A program made the translations under genes and the position numbers. Below, one piece after another: positions 50,463 through 59,095 of a stretch of DNA of 64,000 nt (position 1 is its first letter; every line of letters starts with the position of its first letter). The stretch is from NCBI GenBank assembly GCA_018713605.1, contig DVOM01000001.1, forward strand, positions 67,158 to 131,157. The letters are read 5' to 3'. The DNA is from Candidatus Scatocola faecigallinarum (GTDB lineage: Bacteria > Pseudomonadota > Alphaproteobacteria > RF32 > CAG-239). The notes beneath the pieces are model-generated. The model did no database searches. It was not told the origin of the DNA and saw nothing but the letters and a program-made list of their open reading frames with translations.

Positions 50463-52541
50463 TCACAAGGTATATTTGTGCCTGTTGAGAACATGACGCT
50501 GATACTCGGGCGCCAATTCGGTAAAATATCCGCTCCAGCCCCAAACACGTACAATCAAATTCCTGTGATTTTCCGGATGAGCCATCGCGTCTTCCAGAAC
50601 AGCGGCATCAAGCACATTTAGCTGCAATTGCTGGTTTCCGACATGAACAAAATATTTAATCAGATTAACCAGTTTTGAAATTCCTTCGTCATACTTGAAA
50701 ATTGTCGGCGAAAGTTCAATCGTAATCGGACCGCCGTTGACAATTCTGGAATAGTCTATCCCCGCAAAGGACTTTAAAACACTTAAAACCCCATTAATTT
50801 TAACACCATGTGCCGGTGCCAGACTGGCAGACAGCGGCTCCCCGGCTCCGCGCCCGTCTTCAGAAGCGCCTATATAAGGCAAATCGGCAGAAACGGGCTG
50901 CGTCAGCAGGATATAAAACATCGCGGAACCTGAACCGGGACGGATACGGCTCCGGCGCGTAGAAATCATCTCGGCAGCCAGCGCAAATGAATCAAACAAA
51001 AATTTCAAATTTCGATTGGAAACCGCATCATTGTTTCCCAGTTTCGGCAGTTTTGTTTTCAAAAACGCCTTCAGTTCCTCATAACCGCAAAAATTCTTTT
51101 TCGTCGCCCTGTACAGTTCCTTCAATTTCGCATGAGGATAATTATCGGCAAAATATTCAATCGCTGTCATCATATCCGCGGCATTGGAACTTCCCGCTCC
51201 GTGAATGCCTACATGATGATATTTGCTGGCAAATTCCACTTCTCTTGCTTGCTCCAAAGCGCCATCAACAAAAAGACACCCCAATGGACATGGCAAAAAA
51301 TGTATATCGCACACTTTTTGAATATGCCTGATTTGACGCCACATATCCCATTTAATCAGCTGTCGAAACAAAAATTTTGAAAAAAGCGGCAGTTTGACAG
51401 CCAGTTTAAAAGCCCTGTGCACGGCATAAGGAAAAGACACGGCGCTTTTATTGACAATTTCCACGCCCTTGCTCGGAATAACAAATTCCCAACAGGCCGC
51501 GACAGTATAGTTACGTGCATCTTCCAACGAATAGCCGTTTTTTACCAAAGCAGGTATAACGACCTCATCATTCGAATATTGCGGAAACCCCAAACCGCAT
51601 TCGGTCAGCATACAGGCCGTTTTCAGCAAATCATCGGGCGTGTTCCGATCAATTCGCAAATTTATTTTCGGATCTATCAGCTTTAAGTCTTTCGAAACCT
51701 CCATCATCAGATAGGTCAGTTCATTAACGGCAGGGTTCCCCTCCCCGTCACAGCCGCCCAGCATAACCGTCTGTCCGTTGTCTCCCTGCTGGACGCCAAA
51801 GTATGTATCGCTGTCACGGTTAAAAGAAATGAAAAATTCAGCAAACAAATCCCGCGCCTGTTCTTTGGTCAGCGTTTTTCTCTGCAAGTCTCTCAGATAA
51901 AAAGGATACAGATACTGATCCATGCGCCCCAAACCAATATGCGCGCAACCGGCATAATACAGCAACGCACTCATTAATCGAATAGACTGCATTGCCTCCT
52001 GCAGCGTCTTGGCACCGTACAGAGGAACCCGACGAAAACTTTCCGCCACCGAATGATTTCCGGCGGCTTCGGCTGCTGCCTCATAACGTTCGGCAAGGTT
52101 GGCAACAGCCTCGATGACGATGACAGCCGCTTCCAAAAAATCACGTTTTTGTTTATCTTTGGTTTTTGACAGTTTTTCTCGACAGAGTTCCAAACGGCCG
52201 GATAAGCCCTCGTTCAGGAGCTTTTCCCAATTTATGGTCAGATTGTTCAACGGGTGCAGTACTGCATCCTTTTCCACACCCAACGCTTTTTTTGCCTCCT
52301 TCGGCTCGTAATATGCCGGAACATTGTTGACGGTTCGGACAAAGGAAATCTTTTCGTCAGGAAAGACAATCGGCTCCAAAGCCTCACAGGAAATTTTAAA
52401 AGCAAGAGCGGCCCTTTTTTCCAAAGACAGATTTTTGCCCTTGAACTCGCCGACAAAATCAAATGTCCAGTCATGCCTGTATTTTTTGAACAGACGCTGC
52501 TGCGTAAAATCTCTCAACTCGCGAAGTCTTTTATTTAACAC
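50463..52541 (-). CDS. Glycyl radical enzyme (PFL2/glycerol-dehydratase-like family), substrate unknown
   Basis: C-terminal glycyl-radical motif VRVWGWSGYFTELAPEYQRHVLNR, which aligns with RVAGYSAFFVEL...PEMQRE. Cys loop AACWEF (C-x-E). Start set at the GTG at 52541, preceded by AAGGAG with a 6-nt spacer. Overlaps the activase stop. Confidence 0.85.
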   Translation of the reverse strand: MLNKRLRELRDFTQQRLFKKYRHDWTFDFVGEFKGKNLSLEKRAALAFKISCEALEPIVFPDEKISFVRTVNNVPAYYEPKEAKKALGVEKDAVLHPLNNLTINWEKLLNEGLSGRLELCREKLSKTKDKQKRDFLEAAVIVIEAVANLAERYEAAAEAAGNHSVAESFRRVPLYGAKTLQEAMQSIRLMSALLYYAGCAHIGLGRMDQYLYPFYLRDLQRKTLTKEQARDLFAEFFISFNRDSDTYFGVQQGDNGQTVMLGGCDGEGNPAVNELTYLMMEVSKDLKLIDPKINLRIDRNTPDDLLKTACMLTECGLGFPQYSNDEVVIPALVKNGYSLEDARNYTVAACWEFVIPSKGVEIVNKSAVSFPYAVHRAFKLAVKLPLFSKFLFRQLIKWDMWRQIRHIQKVCDIHFLPCPLGCLFVDGALEQAREVEFASKYHHVGIHGAGSSNAADMMTAIEYFADNYPHAKLKELYRATKKNFCGYEELKAFLKTKLPKLGNNDAVSNRNLKFLFDSFALAAEMISTRRSRIRPGSGSAMFYILLTQPVSADLPYIGASEDGRGAGEPLSASLAPAHGVKINGVLSVLKSFAGIDYSRIVNGGPITIELSPTIFKYDEGISKLVNLIKYFVHVGNQQLQLNVLDAAVLEDAMAHPENHRNLIVRVWGWSGYFTELAPEYQRHVLNRHKYTL

Positions 52542-53310
52542 GTTTTTCTCCTTCCATATGAACCCGATACCCTTTTTCCTCTGCCGTTTTTTTAAAACGG
52601 CGGATAATATCCATATCGTTTCTGATACCTTTGTGAAGCTGAAACCTTTTACCGAAAGTTTCATATTTTGCCCCGGCCAGTTCATTGTAGGGCAACAAAT
52701 CTATACTTTCCGGCCTGTTAGGAAGTTTCTCTAAAATACGGCCGATTCGATTTAAATTATCTTCTGTATCGGTTATTTGCGGAATCAGCGGAATTCGGAC
52801 ATGGAAAGGAATTGCCCTTTCGGACAAAGCCATCAGGTTATCCAGAATTATGCGGTTGGACTCCCCCGTATATTTCCGATGTTCCTCATCATCGGCAAGC
52901 TTTACGTCAAAATAGACCTTACTGAACATTGCTGCCAGTTTTAAAAACTTTTCGGCATCGCAATACCCCGAAGTGTCCAGTATCGTATGTATATCGGTCA
53001 GCTTTGGCAGCAGTTCCGTCAGAAAATCAGCCTGGCAGGACGGTTCTCCTCCCGAAAAAGTCACGCCGCCGCCGGAAAGTTCAAATACGTCGCGAAAAGA
53101 ATTTAACCTTTCCGCCAACCTGTCCGCCGTCCAGTTTTCTCCGCAGATTTCTCTGGTTTTCAAATTAAGTTCGGGAAAAAATTCCTGAGTTTCCGGATTA
53201 TGACACCACCGGCAGCGTAACGGGCACCCTTTCAGAAATACGGTAACCCGAATACCCTCCCCGTCATGAATGGTAAATTCCTTTATGTCACAAATACAGG
53301 CCGTTTTCAT
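52531..53310 (-). CDS. Glycyl-radical-enzyme activating protein (radical SAM)
   Basis: CPLRCRWCHNPE gives the CxxxCxxC cluster. 259 aa, typical size. Immediately upstream of the GRE. Confidence 0.85.
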   Translation of the reverse strand: MKTACICDIKEFTIHDGEGIRVTVFLKGCPLRCRWCHNPETQEFFPELNLKTREICGENWTADRLAERLNSFRDVFELSGGGVTFSGGEPSCQADFLTELLPKLTDIHTILDTSGYCDAEKFLKLAAMFSKVYFDVKLADDEEHRKYTGESNRIILDNLMALSERAIPFHVRIPLIPQITDTEDNLNRIGRILEKLPNRPESIDLLPYNELAGAKYETFGKRFQLHKGIRNDMDIIRRFKKTAEEKGYRVHMEGEKRVK

Positions 53311-54446
53311 TTATAGCTTTTATATTTCTTCTTATACTTCTGCTTAACTTTTCCCAAAGTCGCACAATACAGCATTCTGAAAAACAGATATTTCAGAAAA
53401 CTCTTTTTACCGGATTGCATCTGTTCTATGCGGACAATGCCGCTTTCCACCTGAGACAAACGGTTTTCCAGCCACCGGAGACGATTTTCGTTCTCATATT
53501 CCTTCAACGGACACATCGCTATCGGAAAAGGCAGCTTAAGAAACCGCTCATACGCCAAACGCATCTGCGGCAGCAAATCTCTGTTCTCTTCGCGCTGGGT
53601 AAAGAAACAGATGTGAACCATCGGCACGCTCAAATCCGCTACAATTTTCTTATTGTTTTTCCGACAATAGGAATAAGTCTGATATTCGTCGTCCGTATGC
53701 CCGATGTTAATGTCCGTCCAAAAAGACTTCTTAAAAAGCATACAGTTTATCGAATACCTCTCCCTGTTGTCGACTTCCCGATACGGCAGTTTCTGAACTG
53801 CCCGGACGTAGTCTTCCGGATGCAGCGTCGTCTGATTGTGAATCCATCTGGCGTAAAAAGGCAAAGCCCAAACGCTTCCGCCGCCGCCCGGATGTATTCT
53901 CCCCTTTTCCACAAAACGATACTTCAGGGAATCATTATCGTTCTTCACACCAATGTAATGCGCTACCGATATTTTCTGAAACTCGCCATCCAGCCCCATC
54001 GCTTCGACAACCTGTTTAAATCCCCAGGGGTTGTTGTTGACTAAGGACGTAACATACCCAAGTTTCCGCCCATACTTACGATACGAATTCTCGTAACAGG
54101 CAATCAGTTTTTCAAGCCAGTCGGACGTCAGCGGAAAAACGTCGTCGTCAACTTTGCAGATATAGTCATAGGACTTCATCTCGTCGCTTTCAAGCAATGT
54201 CTTAATACTGACAAAGGGCGCGCCGGGCTGAATCCAATCGACAACCGTAATCTGTTTCGGAAACATCTTCTGATACCGCAGACAAACCCTGTATGTCCTT
54301 TCCGTATCATATGTTCCCCGTCCGTTTTGCAGCAGATAAATATGAACATTCGGATTGGTCAGCTTCGTATAGGCTGCCAACGCAATTTCCAGGGCTTCAT
54401 AATCAGCATAACATAACTGAACAATCGCAATTTTCTTCAAGTTCAT
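53307..54446 (-). CDS. Putative glycosyltransferase (DxD-containing), unknown family
   Basis: 379 aa. KVDDDVFP motif. ATGA overlap with the activase start. Sits in a glycan operon. Confidence 0.4.
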   Translation of the reverse strand: MNLKKIAIVQLCYADYEALEIALAAYTKLTNPNVHIYLLQNGRGTYDTERTYRVCLRYQKMFPKQITVVDWIQPGAPFVSIKTLLESDEMKSYDYICKVDDDVFPLTSDWLEKLIACYENSYRKYGRKLGYVTSLVNNNPWGFKQVVEAMGLDGEFQKISVAHYIGVKNDNDSLKYRFVEKGRIHPGGGGSVWALPFYARWIHNQTTLHPEDYVRAVQKLPYREVDNRERYSINCMLFKKSFWTDINIGHTDDEYQTYSYCRKNNKKIVADLSVPMVHICFFTQREENRDLLPQMRLAYERFLKLPFPIAMCPLKEYENENRLRWLENRLSQVESGIVRIEQMQSGKKSFLKYLFFRMLYCATLGKVKQKYKKKYKSYK

Positions 54447-54455
54447 TTTACTTTC

Positions 54456-55493
54456 CTATATTTTCTTACCGTTAACCGTCATCGGCAAACTGTTTTTCAG
54501 TTTCTGCCGGTACGCTTTTCGCATTTGTTTAAACTGCCGCCTTTTTTCGCCCGCACACACTTTTGACAAAAGATAATATCCGAAATACCGGCAGCGCATT
54601 TTCCAGAGGCTTTCCTGATCAACGTCCGTATTCTGAACCATCATCACATCGGCTTCATAAGCTCTCATTCCCTTCTTCTCAATCATATACTGGAAATAGG
54701 CCGAATACAGCAGCTCGCCCAAATATGCAATTGTCCGCTTTCCGTTCGGCGAATATTCAGACACATCAAGAATCCGGTTAAAACCGGACAAAATCGGAAA
54801 TACAAAACCGGCATATTCCATAAATATCTTTTTGGAAGTTATCATCGACATATAAAGATATTTTTTCGGCTTGTATGAAAGCTGCTCCATAAAATTGCCA
54901 AAATCTTCATCTGCGGTTTTCACGTAAGCGATAAAATTTTCATAATCTTTCAGTTTGGTCCCTTCGATTCTGGCTGTAAAATCTTCTCTGATATCTTTCA
55001 GATTAATCAAAGAAAAATCCGAAAGACGCGGTAGCACCACGTCATATTTCTGCAACAGGGACAAAACGTTTTTTTCCGAAAGTCCCATTAAATCCAAATA
55101 CCGCTTGTCCGGGCTGCTCATCGTAAACATTGAATAACACCGGTCATGATTGTTTCTTTCAATATCTTTTCCCAAGGAACTCAAAATCAACTGCCGCCGA
55201 TACTGCATAAATCCGATAAAATCAGGATTTCCGACCGCGTCAAAATTCTTCCACGCCCAGTATTGAACCGTCATTTCGCAAAAATTTCGATTCAAACGGG
55301 AAATATTGTCACCACTATCATCGCCAATCGTATTCTTTTGCATCCACTTAATCTGTTCCGGCGTCAAAAAACCGTCCCGGGACTCTGACATTGCCACTGC
55401 ACGGCCGGCATGTACAGGAATCAACAAATCGTTTTTAAACAAATAAGTCGGCTTAAAATACGCCAACAGAATTTTGACTTTAGGTTTTACCAT
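54456..55493 (-). CDS. DUF4422-like protein, putative galactofuranosyltransferase, copy 2
   Basis: CEMTVQYWAWKN and the N-terminal pattern are paralogous to 38641..39489. Confidence 0.55.
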   Translation of the reverse strand: MVKPKVKILLAYFKPTYLFKNDLLIPVHAGRAVAMSESRDGFLTPEQIKWMQKNTIGDDSGDNISRLNRNFCEMTVQYWAWKNFDAVGNPDFIGFMQYRRQLILSSLGKDIERNNHDRCYSMFTMSSPDKRYLDLMGLSEKNVLSLLQKYDVVLPRLSDFSLINLKDIREDFTARIEGTKLKDYENFIAYVKTADEDFGNFMEQLSYKPKKYLYMSMITSKKIFMEYAGFVFPILSGFNRILDVSEYSPNGKRTIAYLGELLYSAYFQYMIEKKGMRAYEADVMMVQNTDVDQESLWKMRCRYFGYYLLSKVCAGEKRRQFKQMRKAYRQKLKNSLPMTVNGKKI

Positions 55494-56602
55494 TAATACA
55501 ACTCCTTAAACAAAGCCAATGCTCTCGCAACGGCAACATCCATATTGTAATATCTGTAATCGCCCAACCGGCCGAAGAAATGAACATTCTTGCAATTTTC
55601 GGCCAGAAGCAGATACCGATTGTACAATTCAAGATTTTTATCTTGCGGAACGGGATAATACCGCTCATTTTTTCCGCGTTCGAAAGCCGCCGGATATTCC
55701 AGCGAAATAACCGTCCTGTCGGACTTGTCGTTGAGAAAATACTTATGCTCGCAAATACGCGTAAAGTCATAATTGTTCGGATAACTTACCACAACGCCGT
55801 TCTGAAAATAAGGCGTATTCTCCTCTCTGATGTCAAACTCCAAACTCCGGTAAGGAAGTTCTCCCAGCTCATAGTTAAAAAACTCGTCAATCGGCCCCGT
55901 ATAATAGACATTCTCCGCTTCAAAATTCTCCGCGTCATAAGGCGTATTCAACCTTACCTCAATAAGCGGATGAGCCAGAATATTCCCAATCATTTTGGTG
56001 TATCCGTCCTGCGGAATGGCCTGATAGCGGTCGACAAAATAGTCGTCATTGGTGGACACGCTCACGGGAACGCGTTCGGCAACCGCCGGATCCAGTTCTT
56101 CCGGCGTTACGCCCCACTGCTTTTTATAATAATTCAGAAAACCTTTCCGGTAGATGTAATCCGCCAGAAAAGACAGGTCGGCGTCATCCTGCTCTCTGAG
56201 TTTCAAAATGGACAGCCGGTTGCCGTATCCGACAATATTGATAAGTTTTTGGCTGATTCTCTGCGCCATGTCTTCGGGAAAGCATTTCTTCAAACTGTTC
56301 AGATTAAACGAAAACGGAACCGTCTTCCCGTCAATGTAAGCCTGTACTTTCAGAAAAAACGGATGCCATTTGGTAAAACGCGACAAATAATGCCAGACCT
56401 CTCCGTTTGAGGTATGAAAAATATGCGGTCCGTATTTATGAATGCAAATGCCGTTTTTATCCCGATAATCAAAACAGTTTCCGCCGATATGTCCTCTGGC
56501 GTCAATAACCAGAACCGGCTCATTCAAAACGCCTGCAATCCGTTCGGCCATAACCGCGCCGGACAAACCGGCGCCGACGACCAGATGTTTAATCTTGCGC
56601 AT
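55493..56602 (-). CDS. glf: UDP-galactopyranose mutase, copy 2
   Basis: 369 aa. LVVGAGLSGAVMA FAD motif. Roughly 60% identical to copy 1 over its length. Confidence 0.9.
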   Translation of the reverse strand: MRKIKHLVVGAGLSGAVMAERIAGVLNEPVLVIDARGHIGGNCFDYRDKNGICIHKYGPHIFHTSNGEVWHYLSRFTKWHPFFLKVQAYIDGKTVPFSFNLNSLKKCFPEDMAQRISQKLINIVGYGNRLSILKLREQDDADLSFLADYIYRKGFLNYYKKQWGVTPEELDPAVAERVPVSVSTNDDYFVDRYQAIPQDGYTKMIGNILAHPLIEVRLNTPYDAENFEAENVYYTGPIDEFFNYELGELPYRSLEFDIREENTPYFQNGVVVSYPNNYDFTRICEHKYFLNDKSDRTVISLEYPAAFERGKNERYYPVPQDKNLELYNRYLLLAENCKNVHFFGRLGDYRYYNMDVAVARALALFKELY

Positions 56603-57425
56603 AGGCTTTTTCCTTATGAAGTTTCAGATAATTCATCAACACCGACCTGTTGCGGCGACAGCTGTCAGACAGTTCCTGAGGTGTAAACGGCGATACGAAC
56701 CGGTGCAGTTTGTCCACGTTCAGAACAAACTGATCCCGCGGCGGAACGTTTCCCTCAAAGAAAATATGTTCTTCGCCGACAATGTCTGTCAGAAGTCTTT
56801 CCAAAGACAGGGCAAAACCGGCTCCGACATTGATTATCCCGGACACTTTCTTATGAATGAGAACACTAAGCGCCTTTTGCAGATAATCTCTGGTAATAAA
56901 ATCTTTCCTTGTTTCCGGATTCTCCGTAACAATCAGCTTGCCACGGGTTAAAATGCTTTCGCTGATCCACCCCATAAAGGTCTTATATCCCGTCCTGTTG
57001 ACCGGTTCACCCAAAACGTTAGCCACCCGTACAATCAGAGATTGTCCCGGAATTATCCCCTGAATAGCCTTTTCGGCTGCCGCCTTGTTTTTGGCATAAG
57101 CGTCAAGCGGCTGCAACGGCGCTGTCTCGGCAATCTCGTCAGCCAAATTCCGGGAACCGTAAACTTTGCGGGAAGAAATCATTACCAGTTTTGTCTCCGA
57201 ACCTTTTATCATCCGAGCCAGTTTTACGTCCAATAACTCGTCCTGCGACAACGTTTTACAGCTAAACTCCGGCTGTATCGTAAAATTAATAACAGCGTCA
57301 AAACGCTTTATTTCCTCTTTGTCGACATAATCCAGCCTTGGAAAACTCATAACGTCGTCCGATATGAACACGTTTTGCAAATTCCGAGCTAAATAGGCGT
57401 CATTACCGATTACAGCCACTTTCAT
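56589..57425 (-). CDS. NAD-dependent epimerase/dehydratase (SDR) family protein
   Basis: N-terminal KVAVIGNDAYLARNL Rossmann motif. 278 aa. Confidence 0.7.
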   Translation of the reverse strand: MKVAVIGNDAYLARNLQNVFISDDVMSFPRLDYVDKEEIKRFDAVINFTIQPEFSCKTLSQDELLDVKLARMIKGSETKLVMISSRKVYGSRNLADEIAETAPLQPLDAYAKNKAAAEKAIQGIIPGQSLIVRVANVLGEPVNRTGYKTFMGWISESILTRGKLIVTENPETRKDFITRDYLQKALSVLIHKKVSGIINVGAGFALSLERLLTDIVGEEHIFFEGNVPPRDQFVLNVDKLHRFVSPFTPQELSDSCRRNRSVLMNYLKLHKEKAYAQD

Positions 57426-57546
57426 TTTGTTACCTTTTCAAACAACGCCCAAATATTCCGCGTCGGTTTGGTCACAGACAGAACCGGAACCAGCCCCCGT
57501 TTTCTGTCTCTCTTTGTTTTCAGCCTTTTAGCCAAACTGCCGCACC

Positions 57547-58173
57547 TCACGAATATTGAGTATGGTCGCGGTTTTCGGCATTTTTACTCTGCAACAAACG
57601 TCCGACTTCGGGATTTTGAGCCAGAAAGTTATAAAGCGACACGACGGAAATACCGGCTTCCTGTGCTGCCCTCTTTCGCGAAACGCCGGACAGCAGCCTG
57701 GAAACGATAAGCTCTTTCTTCCCGTCCCAAACACGCTTTTTATTCTTGCTGCCCAAACAGCGCCCGAGTTTGCAGCCGCTCGCCTTTTTCTCGTCAAGAG
57801 AGTTTTTGGTAATCGTCGAAACCATGCTGTTGCGTATTTCAATAGACAAAGCCAGCCCCTTCAGCAGCAAATCGGTTTCCGAAGACGGCTTTAGAACCAG
57901 CTTTTCCTTAACACAGACCAGATTCAGCCCTTTTCCGAGAAACGCCTTCAGATTTTCAACAATCACCGCCAGAGAATTTCCCAAACTGGCAACATTGGCG
58001 CACAAAACCGTATGCCCGGTCGTTTGAAAACCGGCTTCCATATTCCGTATATCCGTTTCCGAAACATACATGTCGACGGCAAAATCATTGTCTGCGGCAT
58101 ATTGTTCAATTACCCGCCGCTGTTTCTCAACCGCAATGTTTTTTCCGCCAATGTCCAAATACCCGATAACCAT
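57547..58173 (-). CDS. Serine-recombinase paralog with degenerate catalytic residues but a retained C-terminal HTH; putative regulatory pseudo-recombinase. It is the first gene of glycan operon 2.
   Basis: MVIGYLDIGGKNIAVEKQ in place of the MxxGYxRVSTxxQ nucleophile motif. ASLGNS in place of SRLGRN. The HTH RKRAAQEAGISVVSLYNFL is retained. It is co-linear with the adjacent intact invertase. Start set at the ATG preceded by GAAGG. Confidence 0.7.
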   Translation of the reverse strand: MVIGYLDIGGKNIAVEKQRRVIEQYAADNDFAVDMYVSETDIRNMEAGFQTTGHTVLCANVASLGNSLAVIVENLKAFLGKGLNLVCVKEKLVLKPSSETDLLLKGLALSIEIRNSMVSTITKNSLDEKKASGCKLGRCLGSKNKKRVWDGKKELIVSRLLSGVSRKRAAQEAGISVVSLYNFLAQNPEVGRLLQSKNAENRDHTQYS

Positions 58174-58197
58174 ACAAACCTTCGCCATCATACCATC

Positions 58198-58214
58198 TAA
58201 CGAACGATATTTTT
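58198..58214. repeat. Left 17-bp inverted repeat taacgaacgatattttt
   Basis: Perfect reverse complement of 58326..58342. Confidence 0.9.
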
Positions 58215-58325
58215 TCTTGTACTTTATGTGGGTAATTTTTGCAATACCTTTTTATAAGAAATCACAATAATTTTCTACCTTTTTTATAGGTTAACACATT
58301 TTTCTCTACCGGTAACGCCTTGGGC

Positions 58326-58342
58326 AAAAATATCGTTCGTTA
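58326..58342. repeat. Right 17-bp inverted repeat aaaaatatcgttcgtta
   Basis: Perfect reverse complement of 58198..58214. Its core CGTTCGT resembles a recombinase half-site. Confidence 0.9.
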
Positions 58343-58391
58343 AATTTACAAACATCAATTATTGCTGTTTTTCTATATGAAATACAACCTG

Positions 58392-58991
58392 TTAAGCTTT
58401 AGGTATACCTGCAAGAAAATTATAAATCGTTTTACTGCTTACCTTCATAATGCGGGCAATCTGCGCCTTTTTCATTCCACCCTGATATAAACTGATTATC
58501 TCATCCTCTCTGCCGTCAAGAATATGCCTTTTGTTCTTCGTGCCGAATTCGCGCCCCAGTTTGCGTCCGCTGGCCTTGATTCTGGCCAGAGCCTCTTTGG
58601 TTCTCTGTGAAATAAGATTACGTTCAATTTCCGCCGAAAGCGAAAACGCAAAAGCCAGAACCTTGCTTTGAATATCAGCTCCGAGCCGATAGCGATCTTT
58701 AATTGTCCAAACCTGAACTTCTTTGTTCATACAGATGTTAAGCATTGTCATAATCTGCAAAATATTGCGCCCCAGACGGGAAATTTCCGTACAAATCAGC
58801 ACATCGCCCTTTTTAAGTTTCCTGATCATTTTTCCAAGTTTCCTCTCTTCAAAATCCTTGGTTCCGCTGATTGTCTCCGTTATCCATCTGTCAATTTGTA
58901 TTTTTTCCCCAGTACAAAAATTATTGATTTCAAATTTCTGATTCTCAAGTGTCTGCCTGTCCGTACTCACTCTGACATATCCGTATATCAT
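58392..58991 (-). CDS. Small serine recombinase (DNA invertase, Hin/Gin/Mpi-like) with intact catalytic residues
   Basis: MIYGYVRVSTDRQ carries the catalytic Ser. SRLGRN and AEIERNLISQRT are present. C-terminal HTH KAQIARIMKVSSKTIYNFL. 199 aa from the internal ATG. Confidence 0.85.
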   Translation of the reverse strand: MIYGYVRVSTDRQTLENQKFEINNFCTGEKIQIDRWITETISGTKDFEERKLGKMIRKLKKGDVLICTEISRLGRNILQIMTMLNICMNKEVQVWTIKDRYRLGADIQSKVLAFAFSLSAEIERNLISQRTKEALARIKASGRKLGREFGTKNKRHILDGREDEIISLYQGGMKKAQIARIMKVSSKTIYNFLAGIPKA

Positions 58992-59034
58992 TTTAATCTC
59001 CGTAAAAAGCTTAAGTATATTTCCGCCGTGCAAT

Positions 59035-59067
59035 AAAGAAACGCCCCGCAGATTGTATCTGCGGGGC
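59035..59067 (-). terminator. Strong hairpin terminator (10-bp stem) downstream of the GNAT gene
   Basis: gccccgcaga-ttgta-tctgcggggc. Confidence 0.7.
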
Positions 59068-59095
59068 AAAAACACCAAATGTTACCTACGAAAAA

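Larger units (their letters stand above)
58198..58342. promoter_or_regulatory. Candidate invertible DNA switch (145 bp) bounded by perfect 17-bp inverted repeats, between the invertase gene and the first gene of the glycan operon
   Basis: The IRs are read directly from the sequence. The AT-rich interior contains TTGCAA and TATAAG-like hexamers. It lies 25 nt from the start of the downstream minus-strand operon. Confidence 0.6.

Noticed and set aside
55580-56410. 276-aa + strand ORF
   Set aside because: Antisense to glf copy 2.
57463-57501. Hairpin agacagaa-N22-ttctgtct between the epimerase and recombinase-like genes, considered as a second IR pair
   Set aside because: The stem is short (8 bp) with a 22-nt loop, and it lies on one side of a single gene. 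It is more likely a 5'-UTR structure than a recombination site.
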